This document shows, one piece after another, positions 51,006 through 60,568 of a stretch of 64,000 nt of DNA; within the stretch, counting starts at the first letter, position 1; the number at the start of each line of letters is the position of its first letter. This DNA is from an uncultured Acidobacteriota bacterium (lineage in GTDB: Bacteria > Acidobacteriota > Thermoanaerobaculia > Multivoradales > UBA5704), in assembly GCA_963770895.1 (NCBI GenBank), contig CAVYRF010000002.1, positions 2,912,001-2,976,000 of the forward strand. Reading direction: 5' to 3'. The notes beneath the pieces are model-generated. The model was given only the letters and a program-made list of their open reading frames with translations, did not search any database and was not told the origin of the DNA. The position numbers and the translations under genes are program-made.

Positions 51006-52040
51006 TCAGCGGGGTTTGGTGGCGGCGAAGAGGATGGCTCCAGAGTTCTTGAGCTGACGCCGCGTCTCGTCGGCGGCGGGATCGAGCAGGCGTCCGGCGC
51101 TCCACCACAGGCGGTGCAGGGCCAGGAGCGGCGCGGCCAGGGCGCGCGCCAGCCAGCGCGGGCTTTGCGGGAAGAGGCCCATGTGCGCCAGCGCCACCAG
51201 GCCGGGCCAGCCGCCGCTGGGGCCGATCCGTTCGACGTGGAAACCGGCAAAGCGCAGCGCGTTGAGGGTGCCCAGGTGGGTGTGGTGGTGAAAGCTGTCC
51301 TGGTGGAACGGCTCCAGGAAGGCGACGGTGCCGAGCAGCCTGCCGCCGGGCCGCAGCACGCGAAACGCTTCCTGCATCATGAGGAGCGGATAGGGCACGT
51401 GCTCGAGCACCGCGACGGTGAGCACGAAGCCGAAAGCGCCGTCGCGGAAAGGCAGGGCCTGCGCGTCTCCCAGGATGGTCGCTTCAGGCGTCGAATAGTC
51501 GAGCCCCACGTATTCGTATCCCGCCAGCTGGCACACTTCGCGGTGCACCTCGGCGCCGCAACCCAGATCCAGCGCCAGCTCGCGCTCGCCGCCTGCCGCG
51601 TCCGCCCCGGCGCCGGCCGGCTGGGCGCGCGGAAACCAGCTGCGCAGATCGTTCGGCAGGTGGCATGGGCCCTGGACCCGCGACACGTCGACCTGGGGGG
51701 CGGGGTTGGCGGGGAACCGCCCCCACGCCACCTCGGCATCGTCGAGCGGCTGTTCCAACGTGACGTCGATCTGCCGCCGCGTCGGCCGCCGCAAGCGCAG
51801 GTCGGGTTGGCCGCTGGGGGCGTCGGCGAACCCCGTGCCGCAGGCGACGCAGCGCACTCCGGCGGCAGTGCTCGACGCCGGGGACGGAGCCAGCGGCGCC
51901 ACGCCAGCCGTGGGCATGGCCGTCGCCGGCGGCACGGTCGGAGTCATGGGAACCATGGGCGCCAGGGCGCCGCCGCAGTGCGGGCAGGCCAGGACGTCCC
52001 GGATGCGCTGGGACAGCGCCGGTCGCGGAGAAGGAGTCAG
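51006..52040 (-). CDS. Class I SAM methyltransferase with N-terminal Trm112-like Zn knuckle
   Basis: LACPHC...CVAC, LDLGCG, GDAQALPF, VLEHV, RVLRPGG; start uncertain (CTG 52040). Confidence 0.8.
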   Translation of the reverse strand: MTPSPRPALSQRIRDVLACPHCGGALAPMVPMTPTVPPATAMPTAGVAPLAPSPASSTAAGVRCVACGTGFADAPSGQPDLRLRRPTRRQIDVTLEQPLDDAEVAWGRFPANPAPQVDVSRVQGPCHLPNDLRSWFPRAQPAGAGADAAGGERELALDLGCGAEVHREVCQLAGYEYVGLDYSTPEATILGDAQALPFRDGAFGFVLTVAVLEHVPYPLLMMQEAFRVLRPGGRLLGTVAFLEPFHQDSFHHHTHLGTLNALRFAGFHVERIGPSGGWPGLVALAHMGLFPQSPRWLARALAAPLLALHRLWWSAGRLLDPAADETRRQLKNSGAILFAATKPR

Positions 52041-52573
52041 TTCCAGCCTTCGCGGGCGCGCAGGGCGGTGATGTGGGCCGTGTGATGGCGGCCGTGCCAG
52101 GCGTACAGGGCGATGAGCTGTTCCAGGGTGAAGGTGCCGGTTTCCGGGTTGGTCATCTTGCGCGGCCACTGGGAGTCATCGACGTCGGCCAGGACCAGGG
52201 CCCAACGGGCATGCAGCGCCGCCAGCAGATCGAGCGACACCGCCACCGGCGCCGACCTGGCTTCCGGCTGCTCCGCCCATCGCTTTTCGACGTAGGGGCG
52301 GACGATCGGCTCCTCTTCGGTCAGGGCCAGCTTGCAGCGCACGTAGGCGTTCAGATGGCTGTCCGGCACGTGATGGACGACCTGGCGCACCGTCCAGCCG
52401 CCCGGCCGGTAGGGGGTGTCGAGCTGCGTCTCGTTCAGGCCGGCGACCGCCGCCCGCAGCTTGGCGGGGGTGTCGCCGATCGCCGCGACGGCAGCCGCCC
52501 GCTCCTGGGGACTGAGGCTTGCCGGGCGGGTGAACCGCCCGATGGGATAGCGCAAATCGGTCTCTTCGCTCAT
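52037..52573 (-). CDS. YfiT/BstA (DinB superfamily) thiol transferase
   Basis: DLRYPIG.F, LDTPYRPGGWTVRQVVHHVPDSH, YAWHGRHH.AHI. Confidence 0.9.
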   Translation of the reverse strand: MSEETDLRYPIGRFTRPASLSPQERAAAVAAIGDTPAKLRAAVAGLNETQLDTPYRPGGWTVRQVVHHVPDSHLNAYVRCKLALTEEEPIVRPYVEKRWAEQPEARSAPVAVSLDLLAALHARWALVLADVDDSQWPRKMTNPETGTFTLEQLIALYAWHGRHHTAHITALRAREGWN

Positions 52574-52621
52574 GTCGCGAGTATATCTGCCCGCCTGGCC
52601 GGAGCACGCCGCCCGCGGTGG

Positions 52622-54301
52622 TCAGCGGCCGCCGCCGCCGCCAGGCGGGCTGGGGCCGTGCTGTTGCAGCAGCGCGGCCAGGCCGCGGCGGGCGTCGATG
52701 GAGTCCGGGTGGTAGGCGAGAGTGCGGCGCAGCTCGGCGATGGCGAGATCGGGGCGGCCGACGTCGTCGAGGGCCATCGCCAGGACGATGCGGCCGCGCT
52801 CGTCCGCCGGTTCGAGCGCCAGGGCATCGGTCAGCGGCGCCAGGGCGGCGCCCGGCTGTCCCCAGGCGCGCAGGGCGTTGCCCAGCGCGATGCGGGGGTA
52901 GGCAAGGCGCGGCGCCTGCGCGATGGCGGCGCGGTAGCGGGCGAGCGCCCCGGCGCGATCGCCCAGCGCCCGCAGCTCCTCGGCGACGTTGGCGTCGGCA
53001 AGGAAGCTCTCCTCGACCGTGAGCGAGTGCTGGAAGAGGGTGAGATTGTCGTGCCAGTAGCGCACCTGCTGCCGGGTCATTGCCGCCAGGGTGAGCAGCA
53101 CGGCCGCGGCGCCGGCGGCCGGCAGCGCCTGGCGCCAGGGCGGCTGCAGCAGCCGGCGAGCGAGCGCCGCCGCCGACCAGCTCACGGCGACCGCCAGTCC
53201 GATCGACGGCAGGTAGGTGTAGCGGTCGGCCATCGACTGCCAGCCGACCTGCAGGATGCCGCAGACCGGCAGCAGCGTGATGCCATACCAGAGCCAGCCG
53301 ACCGCCAGGTAGGGGGCGCGCCGCGCGACCGGCGGCGCCAATACCACCGCGGTGATCGCCGCCAGCAGCGCCGCCGCCGCCGCCGCCCGCCCCGCCGGCA
53401 CCTCCTGGAACGGATAGAACACCGCCAGGTGCGCCGGGTAGAAGGTCTTCCCCAGGTAGGCCACATAGGAGGTCGCGGCGTTCGCCAGGCGCAGCGGCAG
53501 ACTGGCGGTGGCGCCCGACGCCAGGGGGCCCGATTGGGTCACCAGCGCGATCACCCCGGCGGCAAGGGCGAGCGCCGCGAGCGGCGCCTTTTCGGCCAGC
53601 AGGAAGCGCGCCGATCGACCGTCCTCCGCCCCTGCCCGCCGCCAGCGCCGCAACGGCCAGACGTCGAGCAGCAGCAGCACCAGCGGCAGGGTGACGGCCA
53701 TCGGTTTGGCCATCAGGCTGGCGGCGAACAGCGCCGCGACCGGCAGGTAGCGGCCGGCGGACGGCCGGCGGGTGTAGCGCAGCCAGACCGCCAGGGTGAG
53801 CATCCAGCAGAGGCCGCAGAGCACGTCCTTGCGCTCGGCGATCCAGGCCACCGATTCGACGCGCAGGGGGTGCACCGCATAGAGGGCGGCGGCGGCGGCG
53901 CTGCGCCAGGGGGCGCTGGTCATGCGGCGCCAGACCTCGTACACCAGCAGCACGGTGAGCAGGTGGAGCAGCAGGCTGGTCAGGTGGTGCCAGCGCGGGT
54001 CCAGCCCGAACAGCTGGACGTCGAGCATGTGGGAGGCCAGGGTGAGCGGGTGCCAGTTGTCGGCCACCTTGGCGGTGAGCGCCCAGCGCAGCCCGGCGGC
54101 GCTCAATCCGCCGCGGACGTACGGGTTGGCCAGGACGTATTGCGGGTCGTCGAAGTTGACGAAGCCGTCGCGCAGGACCGGCAGGAAGGCGATGACCGTC
54201 AGCAGCGCCAGGCCCAGCGGCAGGTAGACGGCCGGGCGCGGCGCGTCCGCTGCCGGCGATCGGCTTGGCTGCGGGCTGGAGGCGGGCTGCATGGGCTCCA
54301 T
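52622..54301 (-). CDS. TMTC-like GT-C membrane glycosyltransferase with C-terminal TPR
   Basis: FVNFDD..YV, NWHPLT, HPLRVESVAWIAERKD, ADRYTYLP, TPR tail. Confidence 0.82.
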   Translation of the reverse strand: MEPMQPASSPQPSRSPAADAPRPAVYLPLGLALLTVIAFLPVLRDGFVNFDDPQYVLANPYVRGGLSAAGLRWALTAKVADNWHPLTLASHMLDVQLFGLDPRWHHLTSLLLHLLTVLLVYEVWRRMTSAPWRSAAAAALYAVHPLRVESVAWIAERKDVLCGLCWMLTLAVWLRYTRRPSAGRYLPVAALFAASLMAKPMAVTLPLVLLLLDVWPLRRWRRAGAEDGRSARFLLAEKAPLAALALAAGVIALVTQSGPLASGATASLPLRLANAATSYVAYLGKTFYPAHLAVFYPFQEVPAGRAAAAAALLAAITAVVLAPPVARRAPYLAVGWLWYGITLLPVCGILQVGWQSMADRYTYLPSIGLAVAVSWSAAALARRLLQPPWRQALPAAGAAAVLLTLAAMTRQQVRYWHDNLTLFQHSLTVEESFLADANVAEELRALGDRAGALARYRAAIAQAPRLAYPRIALGNALRAWGQPGAALAPLTDALALEPADERGRIVLAMALDDVGRPDLAIAELRRTLAYHPDSIDARRGLAALLQQHGPSPPGGGGGR

Positions 54302-54329
54302 CGGGCGTGCGAACGGCGCCTGGGCGGCG

Positions 54330-55235
54330 CTACTTGGCGGCCGCCCGGTTGCAGGTCTCCTCGCGCAGCTTCACCCAGTTGCCGTTGACGTTGACCTGAA
54401 AGACATGCAGGAAGCGGGAGGCGCTGCGCCGTGTGTAGGTGTCGCGCGCCTCGAACTGGACGCCGAAGCGGTGCCCCGACCCCTCGAAGCTCAGCTTTTC
54501 CGCGATCCAACCGGGCGTGGCCTCGGCGATGCTGCCCTCCTGGTTGTCCACCAGCACCGAGGCGATCGCCTGCGCCACCGGGTCCCAGCCCCACTGGCTG
54601 ATCGAGCTGTAGGGCACGGGGTTGGTGGCCGACTTGGGCTCCGTATAGGCGGATTGCACCCAGAAGCCGTCCAGCTGCCAGGCAAAGGCGACGGTCGCCG
54701 CGGTGGGGTGCTCGGGGCCCGGACCGTAGCTGTGGCCGGTGCAGTTCCATTCGCCGTCGAACCACTTGACGTCCGCCAGGATCTTATTGGGCACCGCCGG
54801 CTTGGGCGGCGGCGGCGGCGGCTTGGCCGGCGCCGTGGCGGTCTTGCCCTTGCCCGCATCCTTCGACTTCTTGTCCTTGCCGGACGCCGGAGGGGTGGCC
54901 GGCGCCGCCGGCGTCTCGGCCGCGGGCGTGGTCGTCGCGGTCGCGGGCGGCGTCTCGGCGGAGCCGCTGCCTGCCGCCGGCGACGCCCGATCGCTGCCGG
55001 CGCCGGCTGCCGGCGCTGCTGGCGCCGAACCGCTGCCGGCTGCCGCGCCCTGATCCTGGCCGCCCGCCGCCGGCGAGGCGCTGGCTCCCGTCGCTCCCGT
55101 CGTTGCGCCGCTGGCTGGCGCCACCGGCGCCGCCTGGGCCGCCGAGCCGTTACCGGCCTGGCCGGCCCTGGCGGCTGGCAGGGCGAGGACGGCGGCGGCG
55201 ACGACCCCGGCCGCGACGGCGAGGCGGCGGCGCAT
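54330..55235 (-). CDS. Secreted protein, Ala/Pro-rich linker and DUF1579-like beta domain
   Basis: Signal peptide MRRRLAVAAG..ARA; C-terminal WFDGEWNC.G...WQLDGFW...GWDP; ATG overlaps lanC stop (TGATG). Confidence 0.65.
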   Translation of the reverse strand: MRRRLAVAAGVVAAAVLALPAARAGQAGNGSAAQAAPVAPASGATTGATGASASPAAGGQDQGAAAGSGSAPAAPAAGAGSDRASPAAGSGSAETPPATATTTPAAETPAAPATPPASGKDKKSKDAGKGKTATAPAKPPPPPPKPAVPNKILADVKWFDGEWNCTGHSYGPGPEHPTAATVAFAWQLDGFWVQSAYTEPKSATNPVPYSSISQWGWDPVAQAIASVLVDNQEGSIAEATPGWIAEKLSFEGSGHRFGVQFEARDTYTRRSASRFLHVFQVNVNGNWVKLREETCNRAAAK

Positions 55236-56680
55236 CAACCGGTCACCAGGGGATCGGTGACGGCCGACAGCAGCATCACCCGGTCCCACGCGGGCTCGAA
55301 CGAGCAGAGGCCGCCGAGCAACGCCAGACCGATGCCGGTGGCGCCTTCGAGAAAGCCCGGCTCGTCGCGCCAGTTCGGTTCCGAGGTGGTGTCCGGCATC
55401 TCGAACGACTGGTAGCCGGCGACCCCCTTGCCGGGACGGCGATGCGCCAGCGTCCGCTCGAACCAGAAACGGCTGACTTCGCGCAGGCGGGGATTGCCGG
55501 TTTCCTGGTAGAAGCGATTGAACAGGTGGGCGAGCCCGGCCGCGCCGTGGCAGAGGCCGGCGTCGCGGACTCCCGCCTGGTCGGTCGGGCGCGCTGCGGC
55601 GTCCAGCACCATGTCGGTCGCAAACTTCTCCCAGGCTGGTTCACCGCAGGCGCGGGCGGCTACCAGCAGCGCGGCGGCGATGCCGGGATCGCCGTAGCAC
55701 CAGGCCACGCGCGAGCGCCGACTTTCCACCCCGTCCGCCAGGGCGGTGCCGAACCAGGACTCCTCGCCGGCCGGCAGGCGCTGCTGTAGCAGCCAGCTGA
55801 CGGCGCCGGCGGTCAGGTCGCGAGCCCGGCGCGCGACCACCGCGGCGCGCTCCGCCAGCCGTGCCTGCTCTTGCGGCGCCCCCGCCGCGGCCCCGGCGGC
55901 CGCCATCCGGCCGGTCGCCGCCGCGACCGCCGACAGGGTGGCGATGGCGCCCGGCACCCCGTGCGCCATACCCAGGTTGTAATAGCCGTCCTTGTAGATC
56001 TCCCGCTGCCAGTCGGGCAGCAGCTCGGGAGAGGTGTGCCAGGTCACGCCCTCGGGCTTGCGGCGGGCGGTTTCGTCCAGGCGGTCGACCAGCCGCTCGA
56101 CGCACGCCAGGGCGCTGGCGCGCGGCAAGCGCTCCAGGACGTAGACGCCAAAGCCGCTCAGCCCGCGGATCAGGTCGTAGTCACCGGTCCAGGGCGTGTG
56201 CTCAAGGAAGCTGGTCAACGCGCCGTCGATTTCGCCCAGCGGGTCGTCGCCGTCGCCGGCCTCACCGTCCGCCGCGGCATTCTGCGCCGCCGCCGCCGCC
56301 GCCGGCTCCGGGGCGGCGTCCGCCGCCTCGTCGTCGACATCGGCAAAGCGATCGCTGTACAGGTGTTGGGCGGTCCACGCCACGCCGGTGAAGCCGCCGT
56401 ACAGGTCGGGCGGCAGGGGCGTCGCGGCCAGCGCGTCGGTGGCGGAGTCCAGGAGGTTGCCGGCGCGCTCCTGGTCGGAGGCCGTCGCGCGGCCGCCGCG
56501 CGTCCGGTAGGCGTAGAACAGCGCCTGCCCCGACCTGCCGGAGGCCAGGGAGGGGTGGTCGCCTGTATCGCCCTCGTAGCGGGGCGGCACCGGCTTGACG
56601 AGCGCTTCGGCGATCTCGGCAACCGACTGCCAGCACTCTTCGGCCAACGGTCCATCCAGAATGGGTTCCCAGGTCTTCAT
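55235..56680 (-). CDS. lanC: Stand-alone lanthionine synthetase C (LanC-like cyclase)
   Basis: YDLIRGLSG, NLGMAHGVPG, AWCYGDPG, GLCHGAAG (Zn ligands Cys/Cys/His), GFLEGATGIGL. Confidence 0.9.
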   Translation of the reverse strand: MKTWEPILDGPLAEECWQSVAEIAEALVKPVPPRYEGDTGDHPSLASGRSGQALFYAYRTRGGRATASDQERAGNLLDSATDALAATPLPPDLYGGFTGVAWTAQHLYSDRFADVDDEAADAAPEPAAAAAAQNAAADGEAGDGDDPLGEIDGALTSFLEHTPWTGDYDLIRGLSGFGVYVLERLPRASALACVERLVDRLDETARRKPEGVTWHTSPELLPDWQREIYKDGYYNLGMAHGVPGAIATLSAVAAATGRMAAAGAAAGAPQEQARLAERAAVVARRARDLTAGAVSWLLQQRLPAGEESWFGTALADGVESRRSRVAWCYGDPGIAAALLVAARACGEPAWEKFATDMVLDAAARPTDQAGVRDAGLCHGAAGLAHLFNRFYQETGNPRLREVSRFWFERTLAHRRPGKGVAGYQSFEMPDTTSEPNWRDEPGFLEGATGIGLALLGGLCSFEPAWDRVMLLSAVTDPLVTG

Positions 56681-56739
56681 GGCGTATTTGTATCAGCTTC
56701 TCCGCGGCGCCAGGCAAGAACCGGCTACAGTAGACGGCT

Positions 56740-58263
56740 ATGAAGGCGCCCTCTTATTACGTGCCGGTCATCGCCCTCGGCGCCCTGTCGCTGCTCGCCG
56801 CGAGCGCCGCGCCTTCCACCCCCGCCGCGGCGCCGGATCTGCCGCCGCTCGCGCCGCTGCCGGCGCCGCTCGCCAGGCGGATGCCCGACCTGGTGCAGAC
56901 GGCGGAGCGCTATCGCGGCCTGTCGCTGGTGCGGCGCGTGCCGTGGGGGGTGATGTCCGAAGGCGACCTGGCCCGCGAGGTGGCCGACGACTTCCGCCAG
57001 GATCTGCCGCCGGAGCGGCTGGCCGCGGTCGAGCTGAGCCTGAAGACGTTCGGCCTGATCCCCGAGGTGATGGATCTGAAGACCTACTATCCGCGGCTGC
57101 TGACCAGCGAGATCGCGGGCTTCTACGATTCGCACCGCAAGGTGCTGGCGCTGGTCGATCACCAGGGGGGCCTGTTCGGCCAGGACGCGGTGCGTCAGTT
57201 CGGCGCCGACACGGTGCACCAGATGGAGGACGGACTGCTGGCGCACGAGCTGACCCATGCCCTGCAGGACCAGCACTTCGATCTCGACCGCCTGGACGAC
57301 CCCGACCCGATGTCGGACAGCGGCGTCGCCCACCTGGCGCTGATCGAAGGCGACGCGTCGATCGTCATGCTCGACGCCCTGGTGCAGGTGCCGATCGAAA
57401 ACGTCCCTGAAGCGCCCGCCGTGCTGGCGAAGTTCTTCGGCGCCGCGAGCGGCGACACGCCGGGGGCAGGCGGCGCCGGTCTCCCCGGCGAGGCGGAGAT
57501 GGCGGACGCGCCGCCCTGGCTGCGCGACATGCTGCTGTTCAGCTACACCCAGGGCGCCGCCTTCTGCCTCGACGTGCGGCGGCGGGGCGGCCAGAGGCTG
57601 CTCGACTACGCCTTCGGCAACGATCCGCCGCGCTCGTCGGAGCAGATCCTGCATCCCGAGAAGTGGTACGGGCACCGCGACGACCCGGTGGTGATCGTGT
57701 GGCCCGAGTTGAGCGCCGCGCTGCCCGGCTACGCCAAGGCGGCCGAAGGGCAGCTGGGCGAGGAAGGCATCCGGGTGCTGCTCAAGACCGCTCTGCACGA
57801 TGCGGCGGCGGCCGATACGGCGGCCGCCGGCTGGGGCGGCGACCGCTTTGCCGTCTACCTTGCCGCCACCGGCGGCAGCGGCGCCAGCGGCGCGGCCGGC
57901 TCTCCCGGCGCATCATCGGACGCCAAGGCAGGCGCCGCCGCCGCGGATGCCGGCACGGCGGGCGTCACCGGGCGGCTGCTGGCATGGATCACCGATTGGG
58001 ACACCGCCCAGGACGCGACGGAGTTCCAGGCCGCCGCCGGGCGGCTGGGCAGCGACTGGACCGTCGTCCGCAGCGGCGACCGGCGGGTGGCCGTGCTGCG
58101 CGGCCAGGTCCCGGCGGCGGCGCGTGCCGGCGTCCTGGCCGCCCTGGCCGGCGCCCGCGCCGAGCGGCCGCAGAACCGCGATCTGGACCTGGCCCACCTG
58201 CCGCCCGTGCCACCGCTGCCACACGTGCCACCGGCGCCGCCGCTGCCGCCGGTCAGGCGGTGA
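56740..58263 (+). CDS. Secreted zincin-like protein (HExxH)
   Basis: Signal peptide; AGFYD, LAHELTHALQDQHF, ALIEGDA, Y..G..F, PP.SSEQILHPEK, AAAGWGGD. Confidence 0.75.
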   Translation: MKAPSYYVPVIALGALSLLAASAAPSTPAAAPDLPPLAPLPAPLARRMPDLVQTAERYRGLSLVRRVPWGVMSEGDLAREVADDFRQDLPPERLAAVELSLKTFGLIPEVMDLKTYYPRLLTSEIAGFYDSHRKVLALVDHQGGLFGQDAVRQFGADTVHQMEDGLLAHELTHALQDQHFDLDRLDDPDPMSDSGVAHLALIEGDASIVMLDALVQVPIENVPEAPAVLAKFFGAASGDTPGAGGAGLPGEAEMADAPPWLRDMLLFSYTQGAAFCLDVRRRGGQRLLDYAFGNDPPRSSEQILHPEKWYGHRDDPVVIVWPELSAALPGYAKAAEGQLGEEGIRVLLKTALHDAAAADTAAAGWGGDRFAVYLAATGGSGASGAAGSPGASSDAKAGAAAADAGTAGVTGRLLAWITDWDTAQDATEFQAAAGRLGSDWTVVRSGDRRVAVLRGQVPAAARAGVLAALAGARAERPQNRDLDLAHLPPVPPLPHVPPAPPLPPVRR

Positions 58264-60568
58264 GCTCGGCGGTGGCGGGGACCGCCGGCTCGATCTGGGC
58301 GTCCACCAGGGCGCGATAGACGCCGCCCTGCGCCATCAGGGCGCCATGGTCGCCGCGCTCGACGATGCGCCCATGCTCCATGACCAGGATGAGATCGGCG
58401 TGGCGCACCGTGCTCAGGCGGTGGGCGATGACGATGCGCGTCGAGCGCAGCGTCGCCAGGCTCTGCTGCACCGCCGCTTCGGTCACGGCGTCGAGCGCGC
58501 TGGTCGCTTCGTCCAGGATCAGCACCTTGGGCCGGTGCACCAGGGCGCGCGCCAGGGCGAGGCGCTGGCGCTGGCCGCCGGAGAGGGAGGCGCCGCCGTC
58601 CGCCAGGACGCTTTCGTAGCCCATCGGCATGGCCTGGATGTCGTCGTGGATATGCGCCATGCGCGCCGCTTCGATGACGCGCGACAGCGGCAGCGTGGGG
58701 TCGTTGAGCGCGATGTTGCTGCGGATGCTGAGGCCGAACAGGAAGGAGCTCTGGGCGACGAAGCCCAGCTGGCTGCGCAGCCAGCGCAGGTCCAGGTCGG
58801 CCAGGTCGAGCCCGTCGTACAGGATGCGTCCGCTTTCGGGGGTGTAGAGGCCGGCGAGCAGGCCGGCGAGCGTCGACTTGCCCGAACCCGAGGAGCCGAC
58901 CACCGCCACCAGCTGGCCGGGCAGCAGGTCGACCGAGGCTTCCGACACCACCGGCGGCGTCAACGGCGAGTAGTGGAACGACACCCCGTCGAGGGTGACG
59001 CGGCCGCGCAGCGCCGACGGCCGCTGGCGCGCCAGCTGCTCCTGCTCGCGCGGTGTTTCCAGCACGTCGTTCAGGCGGTCCAGGTAGCTGCCCAGCAGCT
59101 GCATCTGCGTGCCGGTCTGCACCAGGGTGGTCAGCGGCGTGAGGAAGCCGGAAGCCAGGGCGGAGAGCGCCAGCATGGTGCCCAGCGTCAGGTCGCCGCG
59201 CATCACCAGCACGGCGCCATAGATCAGCACCAGCAGCGGCGACAGCGTCCCCATCGCGTCGAGCAGCGAGCTGATGCTCGCGTCCAGGCGGCCGCGGTCG
59301 AGCGACACGTTCAGCTCCTTGACGAAGAGGTGGGCGCAGCGGTCCACCGCGCGGTCTTCGGCGCCGCTCGCCTTGAGAGTTTCGATCCCCTGCAGCACCT
59401 GCACCTGGTAGCCGCGCGAATCGGCCTGCGTCTGCAGCGACTCCGACATGAGGTCGCGCTGGCGGCGCCGGGTCACCAGGAAGGCGATCACGCGCAGGGC
59501 GCCCAACCCCGCGACCAGCAGTCCCATGCGCAGGTCGGCGACCACCAGGAATACCAGGTAGAGGACCACCATGACGCCGTCGAAGATGCCCGAGATGGCG
59601 TTCGAGGTGAGGATCTCGCGGATGGTCGAGTTGCTGTTGAGCCGCATCAGCAGGTCGCCGGCCGAGCGCTGCTGAAAAAACAGGTAGGGCAGGTGCACCA
59701 GGTGGTCCAGGAACTGCAGCGTCATGCGGGCGTCCAGCCGGGTGCGCAGGTGGAGCAGCAGGAACGAGCGCACCAGTGTCGCCAGCAGCTTGAACCCCAC
59801 CAGGCCGGCGCAGCCGACGCTGAGCACCAGCAGCAGGTGCTGGTCGCTGCGCGGCACCACGCGGTCGACCAGCAGGCCGGTCAGGATCGGCACCGCCAGC
59901 GAGAACACCTGGATGATCACCGAGGTGGTCAGGATCTGCGCCATCAGCCCCGATTCGCCGAGCACGTCGCGCACCTGCCGCCATACGGCATGCCGCTTGT
60001 CGGCCGACGGTGCAAAATCCTCGGTGGTTTCGAAGCTGACCGCCACGCCGGTGAAGGCGCGGTCCAGCTCCTGGCGCGACACCAGGCGCCGGCCGCCGCC
60101 CGGATCGACCACCCAGGCGCCGCGATGGTCCATGCGCTCGAACACCACGAAGTGATTGAACCGCCAGTGCAGGATCGAGGCGGGGTCGAGGAAGCGCAGG
60201 GCGTCGATGTCGCGGATCTTGATGCCGCGCCCGCGCAGCCCGTATTGCTGCGCGGTTTCCACCAGCGTCAGCGCGTCGGTGCCGAGGCGGCTGAACCCCA
60301 TGGCCGTACGCAGCTCGTCGAGCGGCACCGACTTGCCGAAATAGCCCAGCACCATGCCCAGGCAGGCGGGGCCGCAGTCGGTCGCCGCGGTCTGCTGGAT
60401 CTGCGGGATGCGGCGCCCGCGCCTGCCCAGGCGCAGCCCGCGCAGGGCGGGAAACCGCTGCGACAGGGAGGGGCCGGACGGTGGCGGACCTGCCGCGGGC
60501 TTGGCCGCGGCGGGGGTCGGGGTCGAGCCGGGGGTCGGGGTCGGCGGATCGAGTGGCGGTGTGGGCAT
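58253..60568 (-). CDS. Peptidase C39-containing ABC transporter (PCAT/LanT)
   Basis: QQTAATDCGPACL, ILHWRFNHFVV, TM domain, GSSGSGKS, LSGGQRQR, LDEATSALD, IAHRLST. Confidence 0.93.
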   Translation of the reverse strand: MPTPPLDPPTPTPGSTPTPAAAKPAAGPPPSGPSLSQRFPALRGLRLGRRGRRIPQIQQTAATDCGPACLGMVLGYFGKSVPLDELRTAMGFSRLGTDALTLVETAQQYGLRGRGIKIRDIDALRFLDPASILHWRFNHFVVFERMDHRGAWVVDPGGGRRLVSRQELDRAFTGVAVSFETTEDFAPSADKRHAVWRQVRDVLGESGLMAQILTTSVIIQVFSLAVPILTGLLVDRVVPRSDQHLLLVLSVGCAGLVGFKLLATLVRSFLLLHLRTRLDARMTLQFLDHLVHLPYLFFQQRSAGDLLMRLNSNSTIREILTSNAISGIFDGVMVVLYLVFLVVADLRMGLLVAGLGALRVIAFLVTRRRQRDLMSESLQTQADSRGYQVQVLQGIETLKASGAEDRAVDRCAHLFVKELNVSLDRGRLDASISSLLDAMGTLSPLLVLIYGAVLVMRGDLTLGTMLALSALASGFLTPLTTLVQTGTQMQLLGSYLDRLNDVLETPREQEQLARQRPSALRGRVTLDGVSFHYSPLTPPVVSEASVDLLPGQLVAVVGSSGSGKSTLAGLLAGLYTPESGRILYDGLDLADLDLRWLRSQLGFVAQSSFLFGLSIRSNIALNDPTLPLSRVIEAARMAHIHDDIQAMPMGYESVLADGGASLSGGQRQRLALARALVHRPKVLILDEATSALDAVTEAAVQQSLATLRSTRIVIAHRLSTVRHADLILVMEHGRIVERGDHGALMAQGGVYRALVDAQIEPAVPATAELTA